From NCBI GenBank assembly GCA_964016885.1, contig OZ024740.1:380804001-380868000 (forward strand): a DNA stretch of 64,000 nucleotides. Reading direction: 5' to 3'. Of the stretch, positions 1 to 12,936 are shown one piece after another. The first letter of the stretch is position 1. Every line of letters starts with the position of its first letter. Source of the DNA: Eledone cirrhosa (taxonomy: Eukaryota). A program made the translations under genes and the position numbers. The notes beneath the pieces were generated by a model. That model was not told the DNA's origin. It saw only the letters and a program-made list of their open reading frames with translations, and searched no databases.

Positions 1-120
1 TAAGGATGAAAAGCAAAGTTAACATTGGCGGGATTTGAACTCAGATCATAAAGGGACATAACTCTATGCTGCAAAGCATGGCGCCCGACCCTCTACTGAT
101 ACTGCCAATCCACCGTCTTA
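1..120 (-). mobile_element. tRNA-derived SINE family A, cut by window edge
   Basis: Minus strand reads GGCGGTGGATTGGCAG...GAGTTCAAATCCCGCC...TTTGCTTTTCATCCTT (A/B-box-like head); clearly homologous to the TSD-flanked copy at 40774-40990. Confidence 0.75.
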
Positions 121-2294
121 TATTGTATTACAAGGCCAGAAATTATCCCAGTGCATTACTGGTACTTTATTAATAAAATAATAATGCCGGCTGAAGTAAA
201 ACTTCGAGCAAGGTTGATAATTGATCATAGATTAAATATCTATTCCTTAAGATTACGTTTTGACTAAAGCATATGTGTGTGATTATCATGAGATAACATC
301 AGGATTTATGGAGTAGCATTTGTAGTAAATTTGATGGTTTTTAGCCCTGTTTTATTCATGAGTAGGTGACATAGAATGCAATATTACTTCTCTACCGTGG
401 GATTATTGAAGATATGCTGTTGTGTTATGTAGGATGAATACAGTGCAAATATGGCGTAGGACGTTTAGAGTTTGTGTTGACGCATATGTGTAGCAGGAGT
501 GTGTGGTACTGACATTTGTCTTGCAATGTGTGTTTTGAAAAGTGACGCTGTCAGCAACGTTGTTAATATACAGAAGGACGTTTGTAGCAGATATAGGCAA
601 ACATTACCGAAGTTAGTATAATGTAGGTTGACATGAGCTCTGTTAGAGTAGTCATTGTGATATAAAAATCGGATGGAGTCCATAGACAATCAACTTAAGA
701 AGTTGAGAGGGCGTGATGTAAGGAATTTTTTACTTCTATTTATTCGAGGTCAACCATGCAGAGATTCCCTCATTACTTCGAGACAGCTTTCTCTTCGTGG
801 GATTGATACTTCAAATAGAAGAACATATCTCGTAAGATAGGCGTTGCTCTTTTCCGTAATGTGATACAGTGTTGCCTGCTACCTCAAATATGTAAATCTC
901 TGGAGAGAGTGAGGGGGTGGGGGTGGGAGGTGAACATTTCAATGGAAAAGTTTGTGATGATTGTGTAAGGTCAATGAAAGGATATTCACCTTGTTGGGTT
1001 GGAGGTAGGAGAGAAGGCATTATTGCTGTTTATCGTCTGGTCAGCTCTGATTAAAAACATATTAAAACTCATTCCAACCATGACAAACCCGAATTGTTTT
1101 GTTTTGTTTTTTGTTTATATTTTCAGATAAAGTATATCTAGAATCACATTATCTAACGTGACATTTTTAAGATGACAGGATGTGATTTGAAGGTGATTTG
1201 GTTACAGTTACTAGTACATCGAATAACCATGTAGCGACTTTTTCGTCGGCTCACAGAGAAAGGAAATCGTTGTATTTCGTGACTGTGTGGATGTGGTGTA
1301 AAACGTCAAGCTGAATCGAATGCTAATAGTAGCATAACAGTCAGCAAATGTAATGGATTTACCTATAGGAGTGCTCCTTTCAGCCCGGTCTTAGTTGAAG
1401 ATTATTGAGTAAGAGTGAGTTTATAAAGTGATCAGGGATTATTTTGAAAAGGTAGTACAAGTTCCCAACTGCAATTTGGGATACGAGAGTGTTTATACGA
1501 TATACGATACACGAAAGTAACCTTTTCTCTCTTGGTAGTTGGTGTGATTGTTGAGTCTCAGGTCAGCCCTGACAGAGGACACATACGACTAAAACTGCTT
1601 TAGTTGCAACCTTCCATATAGTCAAGGCTACTTCCGTTTTTAAGGTTTGTATTTGGAAACTTTGGCTACTATTTCTAGCACAGAGAATGCCAGCACAGTG
1701 ACTCCCCCTCTTGATAGTCGTCTTGCCAAAATGATTTTGTAAACGAAAGCCTCTCAGTTATTAGTGATGAAGGGTTGGATCACTGTTGCAGGCAGAGTTA
1801 TGCCCCTATACTTTTCCAATAGAGCAACGAGCGAACGACTTGAAGATAAGCGTTAGTTTTGGGTGAGATGCGAATAAACCTAGGAAGACACAATGGTTTA
1901 CTTGCTTAGCTATTTGGAAAATTGATGGGTTCGGCATGGCTAAGGTGAGGAGACTAATTGGTGCACCGTAAATGATGCGGCTTCCGCACCGGTGATGTTC
2001 ACAGAGCAAAAGTGAGAAAAATAATTTTTTCATAATGGAAATATATTTACTCATTGATAGCGAGGCTCTCATATGTTTATTATATATGTTTTCATATACA
2101 CTCCTAATATGTATATGTAGTAAAATGATAGTGTGTAAGAACGAAAAAGACATATTAGAAAGAGTATGGATAAACAGCTATACAGATGAAAAGCTGATCG
2201 GAGGCAAAATTATATATAGTATAGTAAACAAAAGATGTTTGATTTCAGCACTACGGAATTTATAACATGTGTGCTAGGGTGTATGTGCATGTGA

Positions 2295-2341
<47 letters not shown>

Positions 2342-2342
<1 letters not shown>

Positions 2343-2990
2343 TAGCAGTGGTACCCGGCTTTGCAAGGGATAAGGTATTTTGGAATGCGGGCCGCAAACA
2401 GACCTAATCGTGGAAAAATTGCATGCCTGGATAATATGTAAAGAAAATAAACTGAATACTCCGATGGCTGGATAATCTTTAAGATTTTCCTCGACGAAGA
2501 AGGAAAAATGCAGGTTTTCACCTAATGCGGGCCCTAGTGGATCAAGGAAATGAATTTTTTATGTGCATAATATGCCTTGAAATTTCGGGAAAAAATCGGT
2601 TAGACGTACGCCTCAAAAAAGCCCTAAAAAGCTGATAAAATAAAGTTTTTCACCTAATACTGGCCCTAGGCAATAAAAAAGTTGGATTTTCTTTGCTCAC
2701 GGTATGAAGAAGAGACTGACTAATACATAGTTACAATTTCAAGGAAATCGGTCTGACGTAACGCCTCAAAAAACCCCCTAAAAAGCTGAAAAAACGCAGT
2801 TTTTCACCTAAAGGATGAACAAGTTGACGTAACGCCTCAAAAAACCCCTAAAAAGCTGACAAAAACGCAGTTTTTCACCTAAGGGATGGAGAAGTTGAAT
2901 TTTTTTATGTGCATAACACTACCTGAAACATAAGTAATACACATGTAGAGTTTGAAAAGAATTGGTTGGGTACTTCTCGAGTTTTAGGGG

Positions 2991-3071
<81 letters not shown>

Positions 3072-3092
3072 CCTCAGTTTTATATATATAGA
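2342..3092 (-). mobile_element. Non-autonomous Helitron
   Basis: On minus strand begins TC (TCTATATATATAAAACTGAGG), ends with GC-rich hairpin followed by CTAG, sits between A and T; homologous copies at 24470 and 41426. Confidence 0.8.
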
Positions 3093-4116
3093 TGTATATG
3101 TGTGTGTGCGTGTGTGTGTGCATGCGTTCACGTGTAGGGAAATAGAATGAACCACCGTCAGTTTCGACATTAGGAATTCCAGCTATTCCATTAAAGGAAC
3201 AACCTGTTCGTTAATTTCACATGAAAGTGGCTGAGTATTCCACAGATAAGTCTAAATTTTGCTTATTTCTCGTGGTGATTCAGTCTGATAACATTCGGCC
3301 ATTTAATTACAGATACAGTCCATTCGATTGGTATCCAACCAGTTTTGTCTACTCAAGTCCACCTGTTAGGCTTGGGTCGAGCAGAGGCTATAGTAAATGA
3401 CACATGCCCAAGATGCTATGAAGTAGGATCAATTTCAGAACCTATTAATTGCAAAATGAACTTTCAACTGTTCATTTTGCGCATACACAACACACTATTT
3501 AGTATTCGTATTGATTTTTAGCAATATATTGTCTTCATTTTCTATTAACTTTATCTGATAACTTATATTTCGAAAATTTCCCAATAACTATCTAATAAAT
3601 ATAATGTAGAGATTTGAGGTAAGCCTCAGGCAAGACATGTTGGCAACCTGGTTTTGCTTAACTTATATCACCAATGTTTTCAGAATAATCATGAACATCC
3701 GACAATTTCTTTCCTCTTAAATTTCCCAATTATTTCTGGCAGGTTTTAATTTTGTTTTTCGCAACCGAATGTGGAAATGTTTTAGCAATGCAGAGCGCTG
3801 TTTCTTTGAAATTGAACAAGAGTTGATCGATTAGATTAAAACCAAACTACAATTAGGATCCATCTCCCATATGATGTTAATCATGTTTCTTCTTTCTCTT
3901 GCATAACAGCTATCTCTTAGAAATAAAATGACAACGGAATGTTTATAATATACACTGAATCTAATTTAGTTGTTATCAGTGAAGGGTAATTATGCAGAAT
4001 TCCCGGGTGTCAAACTATCTAGCTCATAAATGTGTGTAATATTTCAACCGGTTATGTTAATTAAGGATAGGCACTATATAGAACTAAATTACATATCCAT
4101 TTATGTATCTACCTAC

Positions 4117-4153
<37 letters not shown>

Positions 4154-4237
4154 ATACTGTTCTATATTTTTGAGATGAGGAATTATTTACATTATATACG
4201 TTGGACGGATAGGTGTCCTCATCTTGTTTTGTTGTTA

Positions 4238-4281
4238 ACACAACGTTTCGGCTGATGTACTCTCCAGCCTTCATCAGGTGT
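4238..4281 (-). ncRNA. Minimal type-I hammerhead ribozyme in a short PLE pLTR-like fragment
   Basis: ACAC CUGAUGA A GGCUG-gagaguacau-CAGCC GAAA CG UU GUGU: full core, stem I ACAC/GUGU, palindromic AACGUU at stem III; flanked by (TA)n. Confidence 0.85.
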
Positions 4282-6124
4282 CCCAGTAATATATATATAT
4301 AGCTTTTGAGGGCGATGTATTTGTATTTGTGGGTTTGATAATTGAAAAGCACATAAACGGTAATGGTAGCAGGAAAAGACCCACGCCTATAATAGGTGTT
4401 CACTAATAACCTCAAGAAATACTGGCCAAACATCGAATGTTGGTTTCTAGCACCATTTCAACGGACTCTGTGATTCAGGTTAACTCTATAACATTTGACA
4501 TTACTACTTCCATATTTTAAATTATTCAACTCTATTATTGCATGGAGGTGAACAATTAGAACGCTAAAACCGAGTGGAAATTGATAAAAATAAAAAACGA
4601 TAAGAGCTTGCATTGAAACAATTTAAATTATTTTTACTACAACTGCAACGAATATGTGACCACTATGTTGTAGATACGGCCAGGCTTTAATTCTCATTAT
4701 TACGTGGTGGTTGCTTCATAAATATAAATTGACCCCAGTAGCATGGTGGATAAACAGCCCTTGTTAACTTGTAAAGATAAGTATTTTGGATTGGAGTGAG
4801 TAAAGACGTGGAAGTGTACATACAGATATCAGGTTTCATAAAATACGTATATCTGGTTCTAATTACTATATCAAATCATGAATAGTAAGAGAGGTTGCTC
4901 TGTACTTCCTCAATTCCTTTACGCCCAATGATTTTTTTTATTTAATTCGTCAAATATCGATTGATTGCAAACAATTGAAATACTAAGTTTATTTTGGCAT
5001 TAAATAAACCAAACTGCCAACATTTCGAAATCATTCCAGTGCTTTACTGCTGCTGTTCCATCTGGACTATCTCCTGTATACCAACTAATAATTAACAAAA
5101 TCAATCCTCTTGTTAATCTTATTTTTGTCTTTTTCTTCTTCCTGCCGTTTTCCCTCCTTCTCTCTTACTTTTTTGCACACACATATATGTGCATACATCC
5201 TTCATTTTTTAAATTCTATCTTTCTATTTATTAAATTATAAGGATAGTCAGCAGAATTAGCAAAGAATGGGCCTGAAAATAAAAACAGATGTAGTTATAT
5301 AGATTTGTATTTTATGACGAAGAAGTAATTAATGATTCTAACGATGTTTTTTTGTTTTCTTACAATGTATTACTTCTTACATCGAATAGTTGTAAATCTG
5401 GTTAATTTAACCAGTGAATGTTTTGTAATTCTTAACCATATAGAAAGGCATTAGTTTCTTTTGATTATACTAAAACAAAGTCCTTTCATCTTAGAAGAGA
5501 AAACAATGTGAAACGTGTGTATTTCAATCTATTTCCAAGACATTTGCTGACACATAAGGAAGCAGAAATTTCAAGTCATTACTTATGTAAGTGACGTGAA
5601 ATTGGTGAAAGAATTGGGAACAGAACAGGTGTGGTAGACTTGGCTTATTAGACACTCACCATCCAATCTCAAACGTCAAATATTTGGTATGATGTGCAAT
5701 ATGCTTTAAAGGAAAGTGAAATGATAGCTTGTTTATTTCATTCGTTTTTCTTCATGTGGCATTATGAGCATAAGTGAAGTGAAATTGCCGCACATAGATG
5801 TTGCTTATAGAGAATTTAACTTATCACCACTCCATTTCACACCTCTGACACAACACTACCTATTTCGTCATATCTTGCATTCCAGAAAGTAATCTCTTTG
5901 AAAGTTCGCCCTAGCAAACCGTCTCGGAAAGTCTGCAATGAATGGGGGTTAATGTCCTTTTCTCTTAAATTAGCTTCGTCGGCAAAAATAGAAGAGAAAA
6001 TAGAAACCAAGATGATATATGCTAATTACTGGAATTTTTATTTTTTATATATTGAAACGGTAGGAAGGAGATGACATCATGGATTTCGTAAATATATCGT
6101 CATATGTATTTTTGTATATATGTG

Positions 6125-6216
<92 letters not shown>

Positions 6217-6557
6217 CATATATGTGTGTGTTTGCATGTGTTTGTATATATAAGTGAGCGTATATGTATGTGCCTATATTCGTATATATATATATATATG
6301 CATTTATATATATTTTTATGTACATGCAATCATGTATGTGTGCCTGAGCATTTCTAATACTTCATCTACAGGTGGTACCTTGGGTATGTTAGAATCCTAG
6401 AAGGTAGAAAAGCCAGATAAGAAAAGGTTGGCTTATCTTTCTCTCTTTCTATATATCTAACCCACTTACACTTCCCCTTAATATTGTACATATTATATAT
6501 TATTCACACTCTCTCACACCCCACCATACCCCCACATACACATCAGGTAAAATAGTG

Positions 6558-6597
<40 letters not shown>

Positions 6598-6601
6598 CAT
6601 A

Positions 6602-6656
<55 letters not shown>

Positions 6657-7170
6657 GTTGTTATACTTGGGGAGGGTCATATTTGTGTAATATTGCCAGA
6701 ATTAATAACAGAACACACTCACTGTTTGGTTGGTTTTCGCTTCTCGCTGTCTTTTATATCGGTAATATAACTTACTCGGTCCTCAATGTTGCTATTGACT
6801 GACCGACGGTCAAAAATAATACAGATACAATATAGACACAAACACATATATATAGTTTATCATAAATTTTTCGTTGCACATCTGCAACATCGTCACTGGT
6901 GTTATATTTTCCTCCTGTTGTGTTGTATGTCTACGCCATTTTTATTCAGTCTGTCTATATATTTATTTATTTATTTGCTTGTTTGTTTATTTTATTTTGT
7001 CTTCTCTGCGCATGCGTTTGCATGTGTGTATAGTGTTATGTTTGCTGTGTGATGGGTGACTAGTGTGTGTTTATGTGCTTGTTGTTATTGTGCTTGTGTA
7101 TGTATTTATTTACATTTATTTCGACACACGATTTCATATAAAAAACCTCGCAAAACTAATTCATCGCCGC
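6657..7170. mobile_element. Non-coding fragment of the 57.8-61.7 kb PLE family: inverted 3' UTR/pLTR plus sense 3' tail
   Basis: 6657-~7113 is the reverse complement of ~61180-61660; 7114-7170 matches tail 61663-61718 in direct orientation; inserted in (TA)n. Confidence 0.9.
6861..6898 (-). ncRNA. Hammerhead motif with C3-to-G core mutation
   Basis: GUGACGA U GUUGCA-GAUG-UGCAAC GAAA AAUU UA; homologue at 61414 has CUGACGA. Confidence 0.55.
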
Positions 7171-7226
7171 TATATATATATGCATATAATTATTAGCGTA
7201 TATATATATATATATATATATATATG

Positions 7227-7320
<94 letters not shown>

Positions 7321-7403
7321 TATATATTTATATATTCGCACACGTCGAGTGAGCGAGAGCGGATACATACATAAATTGATAGATATTTTTCTTTATAAGA
7401 GAT

Positions 7404-7452
<49 letters not shown>

Positions 7453-9864
7453 CAGATTATTAAATACATATATACTGATACAGATACAGAAGAGAGGGAG
7501 GTTATAGTTATATGAATCTATCTTTGTTCTTTCCTTTCTTCCGTTACCTTTGGTGTTTTTCTTGACAATGAAGATAAGATAATGACAAAAGTACAACGCC
7601 CAAACTATCTTGCTCGCATGTATGTATGTTTGTGTTTACGTCTGTTTGCCTGTATAAATGTATGTCATTTGATACAAAGGTCAACGTTTTTGCGATGGTA
7701 TTCTCAACAACCCTCTGTCACAATCACGTCGTTTGCAAAACCTGTTCTTCGTCGAGTCGATTCAAGTGTTTTCATATCTCACACGTGTTAGGCTAGCAAT
7801 CAGACGTCATGGTAATTATATAGTTAGCTACTTCATTAGCAAAAATCTCCTATATTTGGGAATGAAGCTTTATAACCTAAATTATATTTCTCCATATTCT
7901 GATTACAATAATGTAGGTATATGAACTCATAACTCCTGGTGGAGTCGTAGGGGCGCCCTCATGATGCATTGCATGTCTTGAGCTCTTTAAACCTAGCCGT
8001 GTTAATTAATACAGCAGAGTTTACCAATTAAAAAGAGAATGTGAGAGAGGAAAGAGAGCTAGAGAAAGAATCAACCCCAGTCCTGAACTGGTACTTTTTT
8101 TTCTCCATATCGGAAGGTTAAAAGGCAAAGATTAATCACAGTGGGATTTGAACTCAAGGAAGCTCATAGAGCCGGAAATAGTACCGCAAAACATTTTATA
8201 CGGAATTCTAACAGTTTTGTCAACTAGCATCCTATGAGCTCACTTATAACAATTGGAAAATAAATTCACTATCAAAGCTCTACATTGACCATTTTCTTTT
8301 CTAAATACCCCCAACAATGAATAAAATATTGATATATAACTATTTCAGAGCAGAATCATCAAACTGTTTCATTCTGACTCTCCATCTCAGAAAATATCAC
8401 TTACACAGCGAAAATAATATATTTCATTTCCATAAACCGAGGTCTGTCAGAAATCTAATGTTTCTTATTTTCAGGTTAACCCTGTTCCAGCAGACTAATC
8501 ATCAAAGACGATCCAGCCAGGATGATCTCATCTTTTTCTTTTTATATCAGGTACTACATTTACATTATTCAAAGCTGGTCTTTTTATTTAAGAAACCAGG
8601 TTATAGTTTGAAGTAGACTTGGTTACTATATATAGCAGTCGGTGATTGCTTAGAGGAACCCTCGTTGGCTCGTATCTAAAAGAGGCAAACTTGTTAACTC
8701 TCCCCAACCGATGGGGAGATCTCCCACCCACTTTGGGTTGGGTGAAAGATGTCTTCTCTTGTGAAAATGGGTATAGATTTCATTATGTAAAATCTCCCAA
8801 TCTTGCCTCATTTCTCCCATCTTTTTTCATGGTACTCCCCATTTGGGTTTTTTGATGTCTGTAGAGGTATTATATATGTTTTATGCGTATCTAATTTACC
8901 ATAGATAGATGGGTTCAAACACTAATTATTGTAGTTCAGAGAGGGCGGCCTCAGACTGGTTTATTATTTCATGTCAATATCAAATCTTTCCATTATTTCT
9001 CCAATAAGGGGCGGCTAATTGTCAGAATCGTAAGAGCACCGAACAAAATGCCTTGTGGTATTTCTTTCGGCTCTTTATCTTCTAAGTTCAAATTCTGGTT
9101 TTAAATCTGGTTGGAGTGGGGATGATAAAATAGCGTAGAAGTGAAGTACTGCGGATTAACTAACTCTCTTCCCAAAATTCTAGGTCTGTGTCTACCTTAG
9201 AAATTTTTACTTTTCAAATGACACCCCCCACCCCACAAAAAGAGCATCACGTTGTTGTTTGTGCGACTAGAAAGGTGTTCAGCGATTTGAAATTGTATTA
9301 GCGTATAAGTCGCACAAAATTTCTGTCAGAAGTCACAATGAAACGCATGTCCTGTGATTCCCCTCAGCTGTTTGATTTACATATAGAACTGCTGCCGATA
9401 TGCAAATGGAATGATAGTAATCACATTATCTTTCTCGCAGAGCTGTCTTAAAAAAAAATCTTTTCTCCGTCTTCAATAACGACCCTCAACGTCATTCCAC
9501 TTGCCTGCAAAACTTCATCACCATCATTATAATAATCATCATCAACGCCGTCGTTGTGGGCGATATCGTACCCGTCATCCTCACCACCACCACCACCACC
9601 ACTACTACCATCATTATCATCATCATCATTCTCTCAATATCACTTCCCACGCTGTCTCTCCTGACCTTCAATTGTTTTAAGAAATTTCAAAGAATATTAC
9701 GGTGGTGATCTTTATAAAGCTAACTAGAACGTCTTAAATTTAGTTTTATTTTTTATATTTTTATGCAATGATTTCAATTATTTGTTTGGTAAACCAGACA
9801 ATGCCACATAAACCCACAATGATATTCCATTTCAATACACATTTCCCTAAGTAATACTGTTGAA

Positions 9865-10110
9865 CCACCGTCGCTTTCGACGACGAGTATTCCAGTTGTG
9901 TTAGAACAGTCTGCTCAAGAAAGTAACATGCAAGTAGCTGAGTATTTCACTGACATGTGTACTCTTAGCATAGTTCTCGTGGAGATGTGACACGTCTAGC
10001 CAATTGGACTACAGATACAACTCATTTTTTCGAGCTCAGTGGACTGGAGCAACGTGAAAGGAACTGCCTTGCACCTCAAGGACAAAATGCGCCGAACACC
10101 CTAACCACTT
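9865..10110 (-). mobile_element. tRNA-derived SINE family B (decayed)
   Basis: Reverse-complement similarity to 35633-35950 (GCTCCAGTCCACT...AAATGAGTTGTATCTGTA); further partial copies near 3150-3330 and 10170-10310. Confidence 0.6.
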
Positions 10111-10683
10111 AGACACACACCGTTACACATACATAGATTCAGACAAACAGAAAAGAAATAACGGCGTGTGGCATGTCTAGCCCTTTAGTTTACAGATACA
10201 ACTCATTTTGTTCTAGCTGAGTGAACTGGAGCAACAAGAAGTAAAGTCTTTTGATCAAGAACACGACGGGCTCCCAAGAATCGAACTCACCACCGTATGG
10301 TCATGAAGCGAAACCAAATAATAGATAAGCAAATAATATATTTGAAGTAGAATATATAAATCTTAATTTTATTCTATTATAAGTTGAGCCAAGTTATACA
10401 GCTTCATGTGCAAATGAGATTAATCACCTCATTTACACAGACGAGGAAATTATATATTCTCGCCTGTTTCAAGTTTAACAGTCGCATGAGTGGGAGGAAA
10501 TGCATCGACGACTGTGCCCCTTGCTTCTGCTGGACACCACTTGGGAGCGATAGCCTCTGTTTCTTTTACATAGCTACGGCTTTCTAAATGTTTATCTAGA
10601 AACGTACCGTATTTCTTTAGAAATACGAAATTCCAATACATATTTGTATACAGTTATGCTCGAAGCTAAATCCTAATTCTCTC

Positions 10684-10777
<94 letters not shown>

Positions 10778-10860
10778 TTAAAATTTTATTGCTCGCCCTA
10801 GCACAGCACACAGCTGATACATAAATGTAAGTATACACACGTACACATATATGTATATAT

Positions 10861-10895
<35 letters not shown>

Positions 10896-10925
10896 CGCAC
10901 ACATATATACATATGTACGTATGGG

Positions 10926-10966
<41 letters not shown>

Positions 10967-11641
10967 CTTTGTCTCTCAATTTTTCTCCCACTATGTCTCT
11001 TTCAATGTCATCATTATCGCCGCAATATATCAAGTTTCGGTTCGTAACATAGAGTTAGTGATTTTTGTTTTGTTATTTTGTAAGATGGTTTTAAATGAAA
11101 GAAAACAGAGATGAGAGTAAAGGACTCCTGTTGGGTTTTGGTATTTTATTTTACTGTTTCTTCGGGTGGGCGGTTCCATTTGCTATTTTGCCTTTCCGTT
11201 TTTTTTTTTCATTGTTTTTTTATTTGTCTTGTTTTTCAGTTTTAGAGAGAATCTGTGACAGACGGCCTTGCAGTGTTCAGTCACTCCATGTGACTTCCTC
11301 CCCCTCCTCCTCATCATTGTTATCATCATCATCGCCATCCTCCTCCTCCTCCTTATCATCATCATCATCATCACCATCGTGGTTGTCGTAGTCGTACTTC
11401 TCCTCCACCATATCTTCTGCTGCTCCTCTTTCTTCTCCTCCTCCTCCTCCTCCTCATAGTCGATCCTCTATTCATCCTTCTATGGCCCATCAGTAACATT
11501 ACCCAAGATAAGCACAAGTAGAGAAAGAGAATGAAGGAGAGAAAGAGAGATAAACAGAACCTACAGGCATATAGAAAGAAGGAGAAAGAGAAAGAGACAA
11601 ACATGCAGACAGACAGACATTCACAGAGAAGGTTGCGTTGA

Positions 11642-11720
11642 AAAAGTCAGATGTGCAATTTAAGAGGCTAACTGTCAGATAAAGAATGATATAGAAACGA
11701 ACGGTGGGATAACAACAGAA

Positions 11721-11784
<64 letters not shown>

Positions 11785-11858
11785 TTCTGTTGTTATCCCA
11801 CCGTTCGTTTCTATATCATTCTTTATCTGACAGTTAGCCTCTTAAATTGCACATCTGA

Positions 11859-11863
<5 letters not shown>
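11642..11863. repeat. Perfect ~80-bp inverted duplication of flanking DNA around a (TA)n centre
   Basis: 11642-11722 is the reverse complement of 11782-11863; the spacer is pure (TA)n; directly adjacent to the PLE at 11891. Confidence 0.9.
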
Positions 11864-11897
<34 letters not shown>

Positions 11898-12047
11898 ATA
11901 CTTTGGGAGGGTCATGTTGCCAATAAGAAACATACGCACCAGTTGCTTTCACTTCAATTTATTATATATTTATAAATTTACAAATTCATAAATTTATAAA
12001 TTTCTGGTTGGTTGGTTGGTTCCACAACCAGATAGTTGTTTATATAT

Positions 12048-12092
12048 AGTCATAGTCCTTTCGTCACACACTCTGTGACCTCTTAAGTGACT
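12048..12092 (-). ncRNA. Hammerhead motif in 3' UTR of PLE, G5-to-U core mutation
   Basis: AGUCA CUUAAGA G GUCACA-GAGUG-UGUGAC GAAA GGAC UA UGACU; the inverted copy at 15288 has CUGAAGA. Confidence 0.6.
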
Positions 12093-12306
12093 GGGGATTC
12101 CTTTCTTTGTTTCTGTGCCACTCCTTTGTTCTGTCCTACGCCATTTTGTTTCTGTGTGTGTGTGTTGTGTGCTCAGTTTGCGCATGCGCCACATCCGGGT
12201 GTCTGTGTGTGTTTATGTTCATTTATCTATTTGTTTATTTATTTATTTATTTACATGTTATTGGTTGGTTGTTTGTTCTATGTGTGTGTGTGTTTTCATT
12301 TTGTCC

Positions 12307-12936
12307 TTAATTGTAAGTTGTGATGTTGCTGTTCCACTCATATTTTCTATTTAATTTTGGTTGTAATTCTTTTATGTTTATTGCCTCTGTAATTTGTCTA
12401 AACATTGCATCTTTTCTGTGTGTAGATTCTATTTTTATTTCTATGTTCTCTAATTTACCCTTGTGTTCTATCTTAGCATGTTGGTAGAGTACAGATGATT
12501 CTTTATTATCTTGAAGGTCTCGCCAGTGTTCATTTATCCGTTCCCCTATACTATGAGCTGTCTCACCTATGTACACTATATTTTTGTTTCTACATTGTCC
12601 TTCAGTACATCTTATGCTATACACTACATTTCTAGTTTTACAGTTAATATGGGGGCTTATTTTACAGGTTATACATTTCTTATCTATACATGAGGGTCTT
12701 TGAAAAGGGTATGTCTTGCTAATAAGTGTTTTTACGGAGGTACCTGGTCTTTCTACTATCTTAATATTGAGTTTATGTTTATTTAGGGCCCTTCTAAATT
12801 TGTAGGCTAGTTCGCCTCTAGGGGTTGTATCGATGAACATTACACTCTGGTATTTATTGCTATCATACCATGAGTTTATTCTATTAGCCTTGTTCCTAGT
12901 TCTTTCTATTCTATTCCAAAATTTGCTCCTATACAT
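12307..12936 (-). pseudogene. PLE linker plus GIY-YIG endonuclease domain (frameshifted continuation of RT)
   Basis: CIDKKCITC...CKTRNVVYSIRCTEGQC...YIGET...ERINEH...QHAKIEH...RQITEA...LNRKYEW; colinear with the C-terminus of the 57910-61143 ORF. Confidence 0.9.

Noticed and set aside
2515-2920. Recurring TTTTTCACCTAA / GACGTAACGCCTCAAAAAA units resembling a CRISPR array
   Set aside because: Internal sub-repeats of the Helitron, repeated in its other copies; no unique spacers or cas genes
6045-7469. Many ORFs of [12 protein letters not shown] type here and throughout the track
   Set aside because: Translations of (TA)n and (CA)n microsatellites, not genes
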